Assembly: GCA_022627515.1 (NCBI GenBank) | Contig: JAKEGK010000178.1 | Span: forward strand, 1-55,080 | Direction of reading: 5' to 3' | DNA length: 55,080 nt | Source: Gammaproteobacteria bacterium | GTDB taxonomy: Bacteria > Pseudomonadota > Gammaproteobacteria > SZUA-152 | Part shown: positions 36,143 through 45,890 of the stretch, in pieces | Layout: each line of letters starts with the position of its first letter | Position numbering within the stretch: position 1 is the first letter of the stretch | Notes under the pieces: model-generated | The model's database searches: none | What the model was told of the DNA's origin: nothing | What the model saw: only the letters and a program-made list of their open reading frames with translations | Program-made: the position numbers and the translations under genes

Positions 36143-39100
36143 ATGAAGTTTATTAAAAACCTATTTGCACCCCGGTGGAAACATGAAAATCCGCAAGTGC
36201 GCAAGCAAGCCTTGCAGGCGCTGGATGCTAAGCGTGAAGAAACGCAGACAATCCTGCTGGATATTGCCAGTAATGATCCCCAATTATTCATTCGCAGGCT
36301 GGCGATCAAGCGCCTTACCGGCATTGATGCTGTGCAGGCGTTGCGGCAGGCCGGGGCGCGGGATGAAATTTATCAGGAAGCAACCCGGCGTTTGTGTGTG
36401 CTGTTGTCTGCGGAAGAAGGTACAAACGATATTGAACAGCTCAAGTCCAGGCTCAGTCAACTCGCCGAAGCAGGAATACTCGAATATGTGGCCAGGCACG
36501 CGGTTATCCCAGATCTGCAAAAGTATGCGCTGGAGAGAATAGACAATGAAAATGTGGTGGTTGACGTCATAACGGGAGCGGTGCGCGACGATATCCGGCA
36601 CTATGCGCTCAGCAAGTTGAACAACGCGGCGGCATTGAAGCGGGTTATCAAGCTGCTGAAACGAAAAGACAAAAAATTTGCCGCTCAGGCTCAGGAAAAA
36701 CTGGACCGGATAAACGCGGCCCTGGTTCAGCGCAATGAATTGGCCAATGAATACAAACGGATTGGCAATGACTTCCTGGAATTGGTGGAACTGTGCAAGC
36801 TGAGCAATGAGTGGCGCAAATATGAAGCGCGCCTGCGAAGCCTGCATGAACAATGGCGAGGCGCGGGCATACAGCTTGATCAGCAGGCGAATTCAACCGA
36901 ATCCGGACCAACACTGCAGATTGCCCAGGCGTATGCATTATTCGAAGAACAACTGAAAGAATCCGCAAAAAAGCAGGCCTGGGAAGTTTCTCCGGAAGTG
37001 ACCCATGCTGACGCCATCGACAGATTGCGAGTCATTAACGAGCAACTGACGGCGAAGGTCGGGGAAATTTCGCAGCAACAAGCGGGTGGCTCCGGGTTGG
37101 CCAGGTTCGCCGCCGATATCAAGCGCCAATGGCAACAGTGTTACAACGAGATAATCACAGACGCCGGCGCCGCGTTGCCTTTCGCTGACTTGCCGCAGAT
37201 GACGGCGGAATTTGAAGCCGGACTTAAGGAACTGGAACAATGGCGCGCGGATTTTCCAACGCTGGAAAAATATAATGCACAGCTTAACGAGCTAATTGCC
37301 AATGCCCGGGAGTTGCTGGATTCCGGCCGGACCCTGTCCGGTAAAGATATTGCAACCCTGGAAAAACGTTTTGAAAACCTGGTTCCGCCCAGGCGCTTTG
37401 CAATCGAAAGTCAATTGATCGAGTCATACAAAAACACGCTTGGCGCGCTGCAACAGGCGCTGGCGCGTCAGGAAGAAAAGCGGCGCCACGTTGTTAGCGA
37501 GTTTACCGCGCTCAATAAACAACTGGCTGATTCGATTGCTGATGGAAAGTCGAAACAGGCGTCGCAACTGATCAGCCGTGGCAGGAAATTGTTAAAACAG
37601 CTGGATGATGCGGGCAAGTCGATCCTGGAAAAAGATGGCCAATCCGGCCATTTTAATCAGCTTGCATTGCAAGTGTCGGAATTGCACGGCTGGCGGCAAT
37701 GGTCAAGCACGCCGGTCAAGGAACAACAGATCAGTGAGATGCTGGAACTGGCCCGGGAACTCGAAGCCAACCAGGATAATCCGCATTATGACTTCGTCAC
37801 AGCGGCCAATACCATCAAGGCGGCAAGAAAAGAATGGCAAAACCTTACAACCGGGGAAGCGGACGGTGATCAGGGATTATGGCAACAGTTTGATGCCGCC
37901 TGCAATCAGGCTTACGCGGTTTGTCAGCGGCATTTCGATCAACAGGCGGAACACCGCGCGATAAATCTGCAAAAGCGCGAGTTATTCTGTCAGGACCTGG
38001 AAGCGTATCAGCAAAAAATTGCCGGCCAGGAACCTGAAAACATTGATTGGAAAGCAATGAATAAAATAGTTTATGCAGCGCGGAAGGACTGGGGACAACT
38101 GGGTATTGTGAACCGCGGTGACCGCGCCAAAATAAACAAACGCTTTAACCACGTGTTGCATGCGCTGGATAAACAGTTGCATCAATATCAGCTAAAAAAC
38201 AGCGACACCAAGGAAGTTCTCAACAGGCGCGTGCAAACATTGCAGAAACAGGTAGCGGATAAGTCTGTGAGCGTCGAGCAGGCGATAGAGTCGGTAAAGC
38301 AGGCACAGGTTGAATGGAAAGCAGCCGGCGCCGCAATAAAGGAATCCCAACTCTGGCGGCAATTTCGCGAAGCGTGCGACAGTGTGTTTCAAATGCAGCG
38401 GGCGGAACAGGATGCGATAAATCAGGCGCGCGAAGCAGAGAAACTACAGCGGGAACAAATAATAGCGGCGGTGGAAGCCGCCGGTACGCTGAGTAATGAC
38501 GCGATACTTCAGGTGAGAGCCACGGTTGAAAAATCAAAATCCGAATGGGAAGAACTTCCCCGGCTAAAGAAGGATAATACCCAGGAACGCCGGTTTTCCA
38601 GAGCCTTCCAGCAATTTGAAAAACAACTGGCGCGGTATTTCGCGCAACAGTTGCAAATGGAAAAACAAAAATTACAGCAGAACGTGGCGCTTTGTTATGC
38701 GCTGGAAAAAACCATATTCGCCTGTTTGCAGGGTCAGATAAGTACCGGCCAATTAAAGGACTCAGTTGCTGATCTCCAGCAGCGCTGGGCGCCGGTAGAC
38801 GCAAGGTTGCGGCAAGTGGAACAGGCGGTCCGCGGCCGGTTCGAACATGTAAAGACCTGTGCGGAACGCTGCGGTAACGGCGACATGGAAGCGGTAAGGT
38901 CACAACTCACGGCGGATGAAAATACCTGCATGGAAGTTAAGGACTTGTTGTGTATTCAAATGGAGTTACTTGCAGATATCGAGTCGCCGCCGGAATCACG
39001 GCAACGGCGTATGGAATATCAGGTGGCGCAACTGGCGCAGAAAATGAAGCAGCCCAAAGGCCAGGACATAGATGCCGAAATTGCACGATTACTAAGCCAA

Positions 39101-39196
39101 TGGCACAGTTCAGGTTTTATGGATCCCGCGAAAGCGCAACCCCTGGAACAACGGTTTTATTCAGCACTTCAATCCCTGGATAAAGATTATCAATAG
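36143..39196 (+). CDS. DUF349 repeat protein with N-terminal HEAT-like repeats
   Basis: 1017 aa. DUF349-type repeats recur: AARKEWQNL...LWQQFDAACNQAY, AARKDWGQLG...INKRFNHVLHAL, AQVEWKAAG...LWRQFREACDSVF, SKSEWEELP...RRFSRAFQQFEKQL. The N-terminus carries HEAT-like NPQVRKQALQALD and DPQLFIRRLAIKRL. Confidence 0.8.
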   Translation: MKFIKNLFAPRWKHENPQVRKQALQALDAKREETQTILLDIASNDPQLFIRRLAIKRLTGIDAVQALRQAGARDEIYQEATRRLCVLLSAEEGTNDIEQLKSRLSQLAEAGILEYVARHAVIPDLQKYALERIDNENVVVDVITGAVRDDIRHYALSKLNNAAALKRVIKLLKRKDKKFAAQAQEKLDRINAALVQRNELANEYKRIGNDFLELVELCKLSNEWRKYEARLRSLHEQWRGAGIQLDQQANSTESGPTLQIAQAYALFEEQLKESAKKQAWEVSPEVTHADAIDRLRVINEQLTAKVGEISQQQAGGSGLARFAADIKRQWQQCYNEIITDAGAALPFADLPQMTAEFEAGLKELEQWRADFPTLEKYNAQLNELIANARELLDSGRTLSGKDIATLEKRFENLVPPRRFAIESQLIESYKNTLGALQQALARQEEKRRHVVSEFTALNKQLADSIADGKSKQASQLISRGRKLLKQLDDAGKSILEKDGQSGHFNQLALQVSELHGWRQWSSTPVKEQQISEMLELARELEANQDNPHYDFVTAANTIKAARKEWQNLTTGEADGDQGLWQQFDAACNQAYAVCQRHFDQQAEHRAINLQKRELFCQDLEAYQQKIAGQEPENIDWKAMNKIVYAARKDWGQLGIVNRGDRAKINKRFNHVLHALDKQLHQYQLKNSDTKEVLNRRVQTLQKQVADKSVSVEQAIESVKQAQVEWKAAGAAIKESQLWRQFREACDSVFQMQRAEQDAINQAREAEKLQREQIIAAVEAAGTLSNDAILQVRATVEKSKSEWEELPRLKKDNTQERRFSRAFQQFEKQLARYFAQQLQMEKQKLQQNVALCYALEKTIFACLQGQISTGQLKDSVADLQQRWAPVDARLRQVEQAVRGRFEHVKTCAERCGNGDMEAVRSQLTADENTCMEVKDLLCIQMELLADIESPPESRQRRMEYQVAQLAQKMKQPKGQDIDAEIARLLSQWHSSGFMDPAKAQPLEQRFYSALQSLDKDYQ

Positions 39197-39373
39197 AATA
39201 TACGTCTAATATATTGATACAAATCGTTGACTGAATGCTGACAAAAATCTATTCTTTTTCAAGCGTTAGGGGAATTTGTACAAACGCTTATCACCGCTGG
39301 TTAAAAACTAATACCAAAAACAGCGCTGTGTTTGAGTAACTGCTAATAACAGATCGCGATTTACATGCGGCGG

Positions 39374-39580
39374 ATTACCGGGGATATACACTTTGAAAAG
39401 CATCAATTGACAGCCCGGATGCCGTGTAGACTGGTAAGGTTACCGCGAGTGCTATAGATCTATGGTCATTAATCAATGGTCATTGATTGTCATTAAAGTT
39501 ATTAGTGTTAGTAGTGCTATGTTGAGAGTTATTCAAAAGAAGGGAGCTTCGAGTCACATCAAGTTGTATATCCCGGTAAT
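39374..39580. repeat. 207-bp element bounded by 16/17-nt inverted repeats (MITE-like or large RNA stem)
   Basis: ATTACCGGGGATATACA (39374-39390) matches the reverse complement of TGTATATCCCGGTAAT (39565-39580) except for one G indel. The AT-rich interior holds GGTCATT direct repeats and the palindrome AATCAATG-GT-CATTGATT (39471-39488). Confidence 0.7.
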
Positions 39581-39722
39581 TGCAACACCGTGGCAATGAA
39601 GGAATGTAAACGCGGTTCGTTTAATAACCGTTTCAGGCCGCAGGTTACTGTCGGCAGATTACCTTTATCCGGCTTTAAATTTCTTCCAAAAAATATGTGC
39701 ATGCAGATTCAAGGAGACAACA

Positions 39723-41837
39723 GTGTCAAGTGAGTTGGCATTGGTTCAGCCAGCAGTGCTTCTGGTTGATGATGAGCCCGATGAACGTTTGCTGATCCGC
39801 CGCGAACTGGAGGTGGCGGGTATGCTGGTTCACGAGTGCAACTCCGGCGAAGCCGCGCTGGAAAAACTCTCCGCGATAATACCAGATGTTATTTTGCTGG
39901 ATGTGATGATGCCGGGCCTGGATGGCATAGAAACCTGCCGTGAAATCCGTAAGCATTCAGATTTTAAAGACATCCCGGTTTTAATGTTAACCGGTGTTGA
40001 TGGTTTGGACTACATCCGGAACGCTTTCGATGCAGGCGCTACTGATTTTATTACCAAGACGACCAAGTTCGACTTTGTCGCCCAGCGCATAAAATATGCG
40101 CTGCGCAACAATAGCCGCACCCTGGATTTAAAGACCTGGCAGCAACAACTCAAGCAGGTGCATCAGGTTGCCAAGATCGGTTACTGGCAGTTAAGCGTGC
40201 CCGATTGCCGGATCGTGTTGTCAGACGAGGCATTGAAACTGTTTGCCATTGAACTGGGGGATATCGACAACTCGTTCAGTTCCTTTCTCGACCTGATTCA
40301 CCTGTCAGACCGGGATAAAGTCAAGACGGTTATTGATAATGCGTTATTCAATCATCAGAAACTCAATGTTGACTACCGCGTAATTACCAGAAACGGCGCC
40401 GAATGTTTTGTGAACCTGCAGGGGGAGGTTACCTACAACAACGGCAGTCCTGCCAGTGTAGTAGGGTTGATTCAGGATATTACCGAGCGAAAAAAATCCG
40501 AAGCATCCATGCAGCATCAGGCCTTATACGACAGCCTTACCGATCTGTCGAACCGGCGGCTGTTTCAGGAACGGCTTTCTCACGCCATGTCTAAAGCGCA
40601 CCGCGAAGAGAAACTGCTGGCGGTATGTTTTTTTGATCTCGATAATTTCAAATTGATCAATGACAATCTTGGGCACGCGGTGGGAGACGAATTACTGAAG
40701 TCGGTTGCGAAGCGTTTGCGCAGCACCATGCGTCAGGGGGATATTGTCGCGCGCATCAGTGGTGACGAGTTTGCGCTGGCGATTGAAGGGTTGAGCAACG
40801 TGGATGAGCTGGAAAAAATCGTCGAGAAGCTGCGCTTTCGATTGTCACAGCCTTATCGCATACGCGGGCATAAGATCTTTACCAGCGCCAGTATCGGGAT
40901 TGCCTTATATCCGCTGGACAGCGCGGACCGCGACACCATGCTGCGCAACGCGGATGCCGCGATGTACCGCGCCAAGGAGCTGGGCGGCAATTGTTTTTGT
41001 TATTACACCTACGATATGAACGACCGGGCGCGGCGCCGGCTGGAGCTTGAGAAAAATCTCCGCAAGGCCATCAGTAATAATGAGTTGTGCATGTACTACC
41101 AGCCGCAGATTGACAGTGATACCAATCTGGTTATCGGAGTTGAGGCGTTATTGCGCTGGAGGCATCCGGAATTTGGATTGTTGCCGCCATCAAAATTCAT
41201 GTCCATTGCGGATGACAGCGGCCTGATTTTTTCCATCGGCCATTGGGCTTTTATAACCGCCTGCAATGATTTACTCCGCTGGCGCCAGTCAGGGTATGAG
41301 GATTTTCGCCTTTCTATTAACATGTCATCGCGGCAATTTGTTCAGGAGGGTATTATCGGCAATATCAGTCAGGTGCTTCGTTCGACCCGGCTGAATCCAA
41401 ACCGGATCTGCGTGGAAATAACCGAAGAAGTCGCCATGAAAAACATTTCGGGCGCTATTGAAACCATGAATCAGTTAAGATCCCTGGGTTTGCGTACCGC
41501 AATCGATGACTTTGGCGCAGGGCATTCTTCCATGAACCTGCTGCAAAAGCTGCCCATCGACTCCCTGAATATCGATCGTTCCTTCATTATGCGCATTGCC
41601 GGCCGTGAGCAGGACGGTAATACCGCCAAAGGGATCATAGCATTAGCCCATAGCCTGGGGCTGAAAGTTGTGGCGGAGGGCGTCGAAACAAAAACCCAGG
41701 CGGAATTCCTGAGACGTCACCGTTGTGACGTGCTGCAGGGCTATTATTTCAGTCCTCCGGTGCCCGCGAATGAAATCGATGATTTTTTGCAGCGTTACAT
41801 GCCTAAAAATCCATTACGGAACGCCATCATCGAGTAA
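39723..41837 (+). CDS. Response regulator with REC, PAS, GGDEF (SGDEF variant) and EAL domains
   Basis: The REC domain reads VLLVDDEPDE...VILLDVMMPGLDG...LTG. A PAS region follows. The GGDEF site reads RISGDEFALAI. The EAL domain carries GVEALLRW, EITE, DDFG and QGY. The start is GTG at 39723, preceded by AAGGAG. Confidence 0.9.
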   Translation: MSSELALVQPAVLLVDDEPDERLLIRRELEVAGMLVHECNSGEAALEKLSAIIPDVILLDVMMPGLDGIETCREIRKHSDFKDIPVLMLTGVDGLDYIRNAFDAGATDFITKTTKFDFVAQRIKYALRNNSRTLDLKTWQQQLKQVHQVAKIGYWQLSVPDCRIVLSDEALKLFAIELGDIDNSFSSFLDLIHLSDRDKVKTVIDNALFNHQKLNVDYRVITRNGAECFVNLQGEVTYNNGSPASVVGLIQDITERKKSEASMQHQALYDSLTDLSNRRLFQERLSHAMSKAHREEKLLAVCFFDLDNFKLINDNLGHAVGDELLKSVAKRLRSTMRQGDIVARISGDEFALAIEGLSNVDELEKIVEKLRFRLSQPYRIRGHKIFTSASIGIALYPLDSADRDTMLRNADAAMYRAKELGGNCFCYYTYDMNDRARRRLELEKNLRKAISNNELCMYYQPQIDSDTNLVIGVEALLRWRHPEFGLLPPSKFMSIADDSGLIFSIGHWAFITACNDLLRWRQSGYEDFRLSINMSSRQFVQEGIIGNISQVLRSTRLNPNRICVEITEEVAMKNISGAIETMNQLRSLGLRTAIDDFGAGHSSMNLLQKLPIDSLNIDRSFIMRIAGREQDGNTAKGIIALAHSLGLKVVAEGVETKTQAEFLRRHRCDVLQGYYFSPPVPANEIDDFLQRYMPKNPLRNAIIE

Positions 41838-41929
41838 TACTGAGTTGACTTGTATAATCCCGCCGCGGATATAATTCCTTGCAGTGTTTTTCATTTTCTG
41901 TTCTACAACCGTTGATCAGGTAGAGACGC

Positions 41930-43528
41930 TTGTCGAGGAATAAAAAACCGGCAGGACTGGCGGCAAAAAGCTATTTCTGGTTCATTACCGTGATTGTCTG
42001 CCTGACGGCGGTATTTTTGCTGTGGATAACACAGGGCAGAATCGTTGATCACAGCGAATACCATCATTTTATCGCAACAGAGTCCGCGTCGGGGGTAACA
42101 GATGAAGTCGCGCGATTCGTGGGCGAACGCAACCGGCTGGTTCAGTTGTTCGCGGATCAGCACCTTGAATTGATCCGGGCCGTGGCAAACCATCCCGCAG
42201 ACCACGGTTACTATCAACAGCTTGCCAATTTGATCAGGCAATATTTTCCCGGACACTTTGCATTTACCGTGGCAAGCGCCCAGGGGCTTCCCCTGTTTGA
42301 GGATTTTGACGGACTGGTGGCCGACTCCTGCCGCGCTGACATAAAATCGTTCGCCGAAAAACAATATTATCATCCTTATATACATCCCAATTACGAAGGC
42401 TACCATTTCGACGTTATGTCCACTTATGGTAACAACGAGGGTGTGTTGTTTGTCAGTTTTCACGCGGACATATTGGGTTCGATTCTGAGTGTGGCGCAAA
42501 CCCCCGGCCACAGGCTCATGTTAATCTATCCGGCATTCAATGACTTGATAGAGGTGGTTGCGGAAGGGGCGCGAAACCAGATTGAACGCGACGATTATCG
42601 ATTGTCCGGCGAGGAAAAAAGCCGGCTCCTGATCAGCATGCCGGTACCGGAAACCCGATGGGATGTGGTGGACATGCACGACAGCAGATTGTTTTCTCTG
42701 TATCAAAGGAAATTATATATTGAGGCCGCCATTATATTTCTGGTTTTTTTGATCGCCGGAATCGTGATGGTAAGGAGGTTACATAAAGAAGAGATGCAGC
42801 GGGAACTGGTGGAAAAACAGAAACAGGAGCTAATGGGTATAATCAGCCATGAATTCCGCACACCGGCATCGGCAATACACGGCGCGCTTGAATTGGTGAC
42901 GCGCGGAACATCCGGCCCCATCACTGGAGAAACCAGGCGTTTGCTCGATATGGCCCGCAGCAATACCAGGCGGCTGTTAACATTGGTCAATGACTTCCTG
43001 GATCTGCAAAAGTATGAATCCGGAAAGCTGCACATGACAAAGCAACAATGTGAGCTGCAACCCATCGTTGAGAATGCGATTAAAAATAACCAAATCTACG
43101 CGGAACAATTTGGTGTCCGTTTTGCGTTTAACAACGATACAGACGCGGTAAAAATGCATTGCGATTCGGCGCGAATTGAACAGGTGCTGGCAAACCTGTT
43201 GTCCAACGCGGCGAAGTACGGTGCGTCAAACGATGTTATCGAGATACAGGTGAGCAAACCTGCAACAAGTAACGTACGGGTGAGCGTGACGGATCATGGT
43301 GAAGGCATTGCGCCCCATATCCAGAATCGGATCTTTGAAAAATTTGTCATGGCCAGGACAGGAAAAAATGGTAAAGTACGCAGCTCGGGATTGGGGCTGA
43401 GTATATCCAAAGCCATTATCGAAGAGCACGGCGGGCGAATATCATTCGAGACCCGGGCGGGTGAAGGAACCACGTTTTATTTTGATTTGCCGCTCACTGA
43501 ACAAGAACCATCAATCAAAAACCACTGA
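41930..43528 (+). CDS. Sensor histidine kinase with a large periplasmic domain
   Basis: Two TM helices flank a periplasmic region of about 235 aa. The H-box is ISHEFRTPASAI and the HATPase motifs are LSNAAKYG, DHGEGI and GLGLSISK. The only in-frame start near the N-terminus is TTG 41930. Confidence 0.85.
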   Translation: MSRNKKPAGLAAKSYFWFITVIVCLTAVFLLWITQGRIVDHSEYHHFIATESASGVTDEVARFVGERNRLVQLFADQHLELIRAVANHPADHGYYQQLANLIRQYFPGHFAFTVASAQGLPLFEDFDGLVADSCRADIKSFAEKQYYHPYIHPNYEGYHFDVMSTYGNNEGVLFVSFHADILGSILSVAQTPGHRLMLIYPAFNDLIEVVAEGARNQIERDDYRLSGEEKSRLLISMPVPETRWDVVDMHDSRLFSLYQRKLYIEAAIIFLVFLIAGIVMVRRLHKEEMQRELVEKQKQELMGIISHEFRTPASAIHGALELVTRGTSGPITGETRRLLDMARSNTRRLLTLVNDFLDLQKYESGKLHMTKQQCELQPIVENAIKNNQIYAEQFGVRFAFNNDTDAVKMHCDSARIEQVLANLLSNAAKYGASNDVIEIQVSKPATSNVRVSVTDHGEGIAPHIQNRIFEKFVMARTGKNGKVRSSGLGLSISKAIIEEHGGRISFETRAGEGTTFYFDLPLTEQEPSIKNH

Positions 43529-43620
43529 TCTAGGGCCACTAATCAAGGACCACTAATTCAATGACCACTAATTCAACGACCACTAATTCAACGACCACTA
43601 ATTCAACGACCACTGAGCAA
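43519..43620. repeat. 15-bp tandem repeat array, about 7 units (consensus GACCACTAATTCAAC)
   Basis: The units are AAACCACTGATCTAG, GGCCACTAATCAAG, GACCACTAATTCAAT, three copies of GACCACTAATTCAAC, and a partial GACCACTGAGCAA. The first, degenerate unit contains the kinase stop codon (AAC CAC TGA). Confidence 0.95.
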
Positions 43621-43760
43621 GCACTATGAACAACAATTGAAAGCCGGTTAAACACTATTCTTGATCCGGATTCTTTATGCCGAGTAATAATCTGTGTTGA
43701 AATTGAGAATTTCCTGAACTTTTTCCTGTTCTTTACTTAGATTTTAAACGTCTTATTAGT

Positions 43761-45770
43761 ATGCCGAAGTTGAATTCCCAACAGCGCAAAGCCGTGCATC
43801 ACATAGAGGGCCCATTGCTGGTACTGGCGGGCGCCGGCAGCGGTAAGACCAGCGTTATTACCCAGAAAATTATTTATCTCATTCAGGAATGCGGCATCGC
43901 GCCAACGAAAATCGCCGCGGTGACGTTTACCAACAAGGCCGCCCGGGAAATGAAGTCGCGGGTCGTCGGCCGCTTGCCGAAAAACGTAATCAAAGGTTTA
44001 ACGGTATCCACCTTTCACACCATGGGATTGAAAATCCTGCAAAAGGAACACGCGCAGCTCGGTTATAAGTCCCGCATATCCATCTACGATGCCCAGGACA
44101 GTCAGCTGCTTTTAAAGCAACTCGCGCCCGCTGATCTCTTTAAAACCATCGCTGTTGAACAGGTTCAACAACACGTTTCACTTTGGAAAAACGCCGGCAT
44201 AACGCCGGATACGGCGCTGGCTGCGGAATGTGATCCGCTCAAACAACGCGTGGCGGGGTTGTACGCCGCTTATTGCCATCAGCTCAAAGTCTACAATGCG
44301 GTGGATTTTGATGATCTGATTTGCTTGCCGGTGGCGTTGCTGGAGAAAAACCGGGAAGTGCTGGAGAGCTGGCAAAACAAAATCCGTTATTTGCTGGTCG
44401 ATGAATACCAGGATACCAATGCGGTTCAATACCGGCTGGTCAGGTTGCTGGCGGGACCGCGGGCGGCATTGACTGTGGTGGGTGATGACGATCAGTCAAT
44501 TTATGCCTGGCGTGGCGCGCGTCCGGAAAACCTGGCGCAATTGAAGGACGATTATCCCAACCTGACGGTTATCAAGCTGGAGCAGAATTATCGTTCCACT
44601 TCCTGTATCCTGAAAGCCGCCAACGGATTAATCACCAACAATCCCCATGTGTTCGAAAAAAATCTCTGGAGTGAATTTGGTTTTGGCGAGCCGATAAAAG
44701 TGCTCGAAGCGCGCGACGACGAGCATGAAGCGGAACGTGTGGTAAGCCACCTTTTGAATCACAAGTTTCAGAAACGCACGGAATTCCGCGACTATGCCTT
44801 GTTGTACCGCGGCAATCATCAATCCCGCCTGTTTGAAAAAACCTTGCGCGAACACAAAATACCGTACCGCATTACCGGTGGCGCCTCATTTTTTTCGTTG
44901 ACGGAAGTGAAAGACATCCTCGGCTATCTGCGCTTGTTGTCAAACAACGACGATGACCAGGCGTTTTTGCGGGTGGTAAACACGCCACGGCGGGAAATTG
45001 GTCCCGGTACGCTGGAAAAACTGGTTGAGTATGCCAATCGCCGCGGCGTCAGTTTGTGTGAAGCGGGTTATGAAATGGGGCTGGCGCAATATCTCGCCGA
45101 ACGTCCCTTGGCCCGCATCAGGCGTTTCATCGAGTGGGTGGCCCATATGTCCGATCGGATGGAGCGAAGTGACTTGCTAGCCGCACTGAATGACCTAGTC
45201 GATGAAATTGGTTATAAGGACTGGCTGGAAGACATTTGCCGTGATATTCCCAGCGCGGAGCGGAAAATGGAAAACGTTCAGGAGTTGCTCGCATGGATCG
45301 GACATCTTGTCCAAAGCTCCGGCGAAGAGTCAACGCTCGCGCAACTGGTCCAGCAAATGACACTGGCCGACATGCTGGACCGGGAAGATGATGCGCAGCT
45401 TCCAGACTGCGTCAGCCTGATGACCTTGCACAGCGCGAAAGGCCTGGAGTTTCCCCATGTGTATATCGTGGGAATGGAAGAGAACCTGCTGCCTCATCAT
45501 GTCAGTGTGCAAGAAGACAATATCGAAGAGGAAAGACGCCTCGCTTATGTCGGCATTACACGGGCGCAACGTTCACTTGTTTTCAGTCTGGCAGCCAGGC
45601 GCAAACGCAATGGGGAATTGATGGCGTGCGAACCAAGCCGTTTTCTCGGTGAGCTGCCCGGTGATACGCTCGCCTGGGAAAAGCCGTCACAAGGCGATCC
45701 GGAGCAGCGTCAACAGATGGGAAGGGCGCATCTTGCCAATCTGCGCGGCTTTTTGAATGAAGCGGGGTGA
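43761..45770 (+). CDS. rep: ATP-dependent DNA helicase Rep
   Basis: The ORF aligns end to end with my memory of E. coli Rep: LVLAGAGSGKT, AAVTFTNKAAREMK, IRYLLVDEYQDTN, VVGDDDQSIYAWRGARPENL, KLEQNYRS, NNPHVFEK, LMTLHSAKGLEFPHVYIVGMEE, ERRLAYVGITRAQ, PSRFLGELP. It is 669 aa. Confidence 0.9.
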   Translation: MPKLNSQQRKAVHHIEGPLLVLAGAGSGKTSVITQKIIYLIQECGIAPTKIAAVTFTNKAAREMKSRVVGRLPKNVIKGLTVSTFHTMGLKILQKEHAQLGYKSRISIYDAQDSQLLLKQLAPADLFKTIAVEQVQQHVSLWKNAGITPDTALAAECDPLKQRVAGLYAAYCHQLKVYNAVDFDDLICLPVALLEKNREVLESWQNKIRYLLVDEYQDTNAVQYRLVRLLAGPRAALTVVGDDDQSIYAWRGARPENLAQLKDDYPNLTVIKLEQNYRSTSCILKAANGLITNNPHVFEKNLWSEFGFGEPIKVLEARDDEHEAERVVSHLLNHKFQKRTEFRDYALLYRGNHQSRLFEKTLREHKIPYRITGGASFFSLTEVKDILGYLRLLSNNDDDQAFLRVVNTPRREIGPGTLEKLVEYANRRGVSLCEAGYEMGLAQYLAERPLARIRRFIEWVAHMSDRMERSDLLAALNDLVDEIGYKDWLEDICRDIPSAERKMENVQELLAWIGHLVQSSGEESTLAQLVQQMTLADMLDREDDAQLPDCVSLMTLHSAKGLEFPHVYIVGMEENLLPHHVSVQEDNIEEERRLAYVGITRAQRSLVFSLAARRKRNGELMACEPSRFLGELPGDTLAWEKPSQGDPEQRQQMGRAHLANLRGFLNEAG

Positions 45771-45890
45771 TTTGCGAAAGGCGTCTCATAAATTGGCACA
45801 AACCTCACATAAAATTAAATATGGGTTTCCCACACTTTTCACCGTTCCTGATTAAGATATAATCTGTAAAACTACCGCCTGAGGGGCGCA

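Noticed and set aside
38220-38903. 227-aa and several 60-190-aa ORFs antisense to or out of frame within the DUF349 gene.
   Set aside because: These are shadow frames of a long repeat-rich ORF, and their translations are P/R/A-rich low complexity.
41903-42511. 202-aa minus-strand ORF overlapping the kinase 5' region.
   Set aside because: The sense frame continues into a bona fide HisKA/HATPase protein, and the antisense product has no motifs.
43519-43620. Possibility that the 15-bp repeats are a CRISPR array.
   Set aside because: The units are directly abutting with no spacers, and the repeat is far shorter than CRISPR repeats.
43561-43629. 22-codon sORF MTTNSTTTNSTTTNSTTTEQAL inside the tandem repeat, which looks superficially like a Thr-rich attenuator leader.
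   Set aside because: It is a by-product of the 15-nt (five-codon) period. The downstream gene is rep, not an amino-acid biosynthesis operon, and there is no ribosome-binding site.
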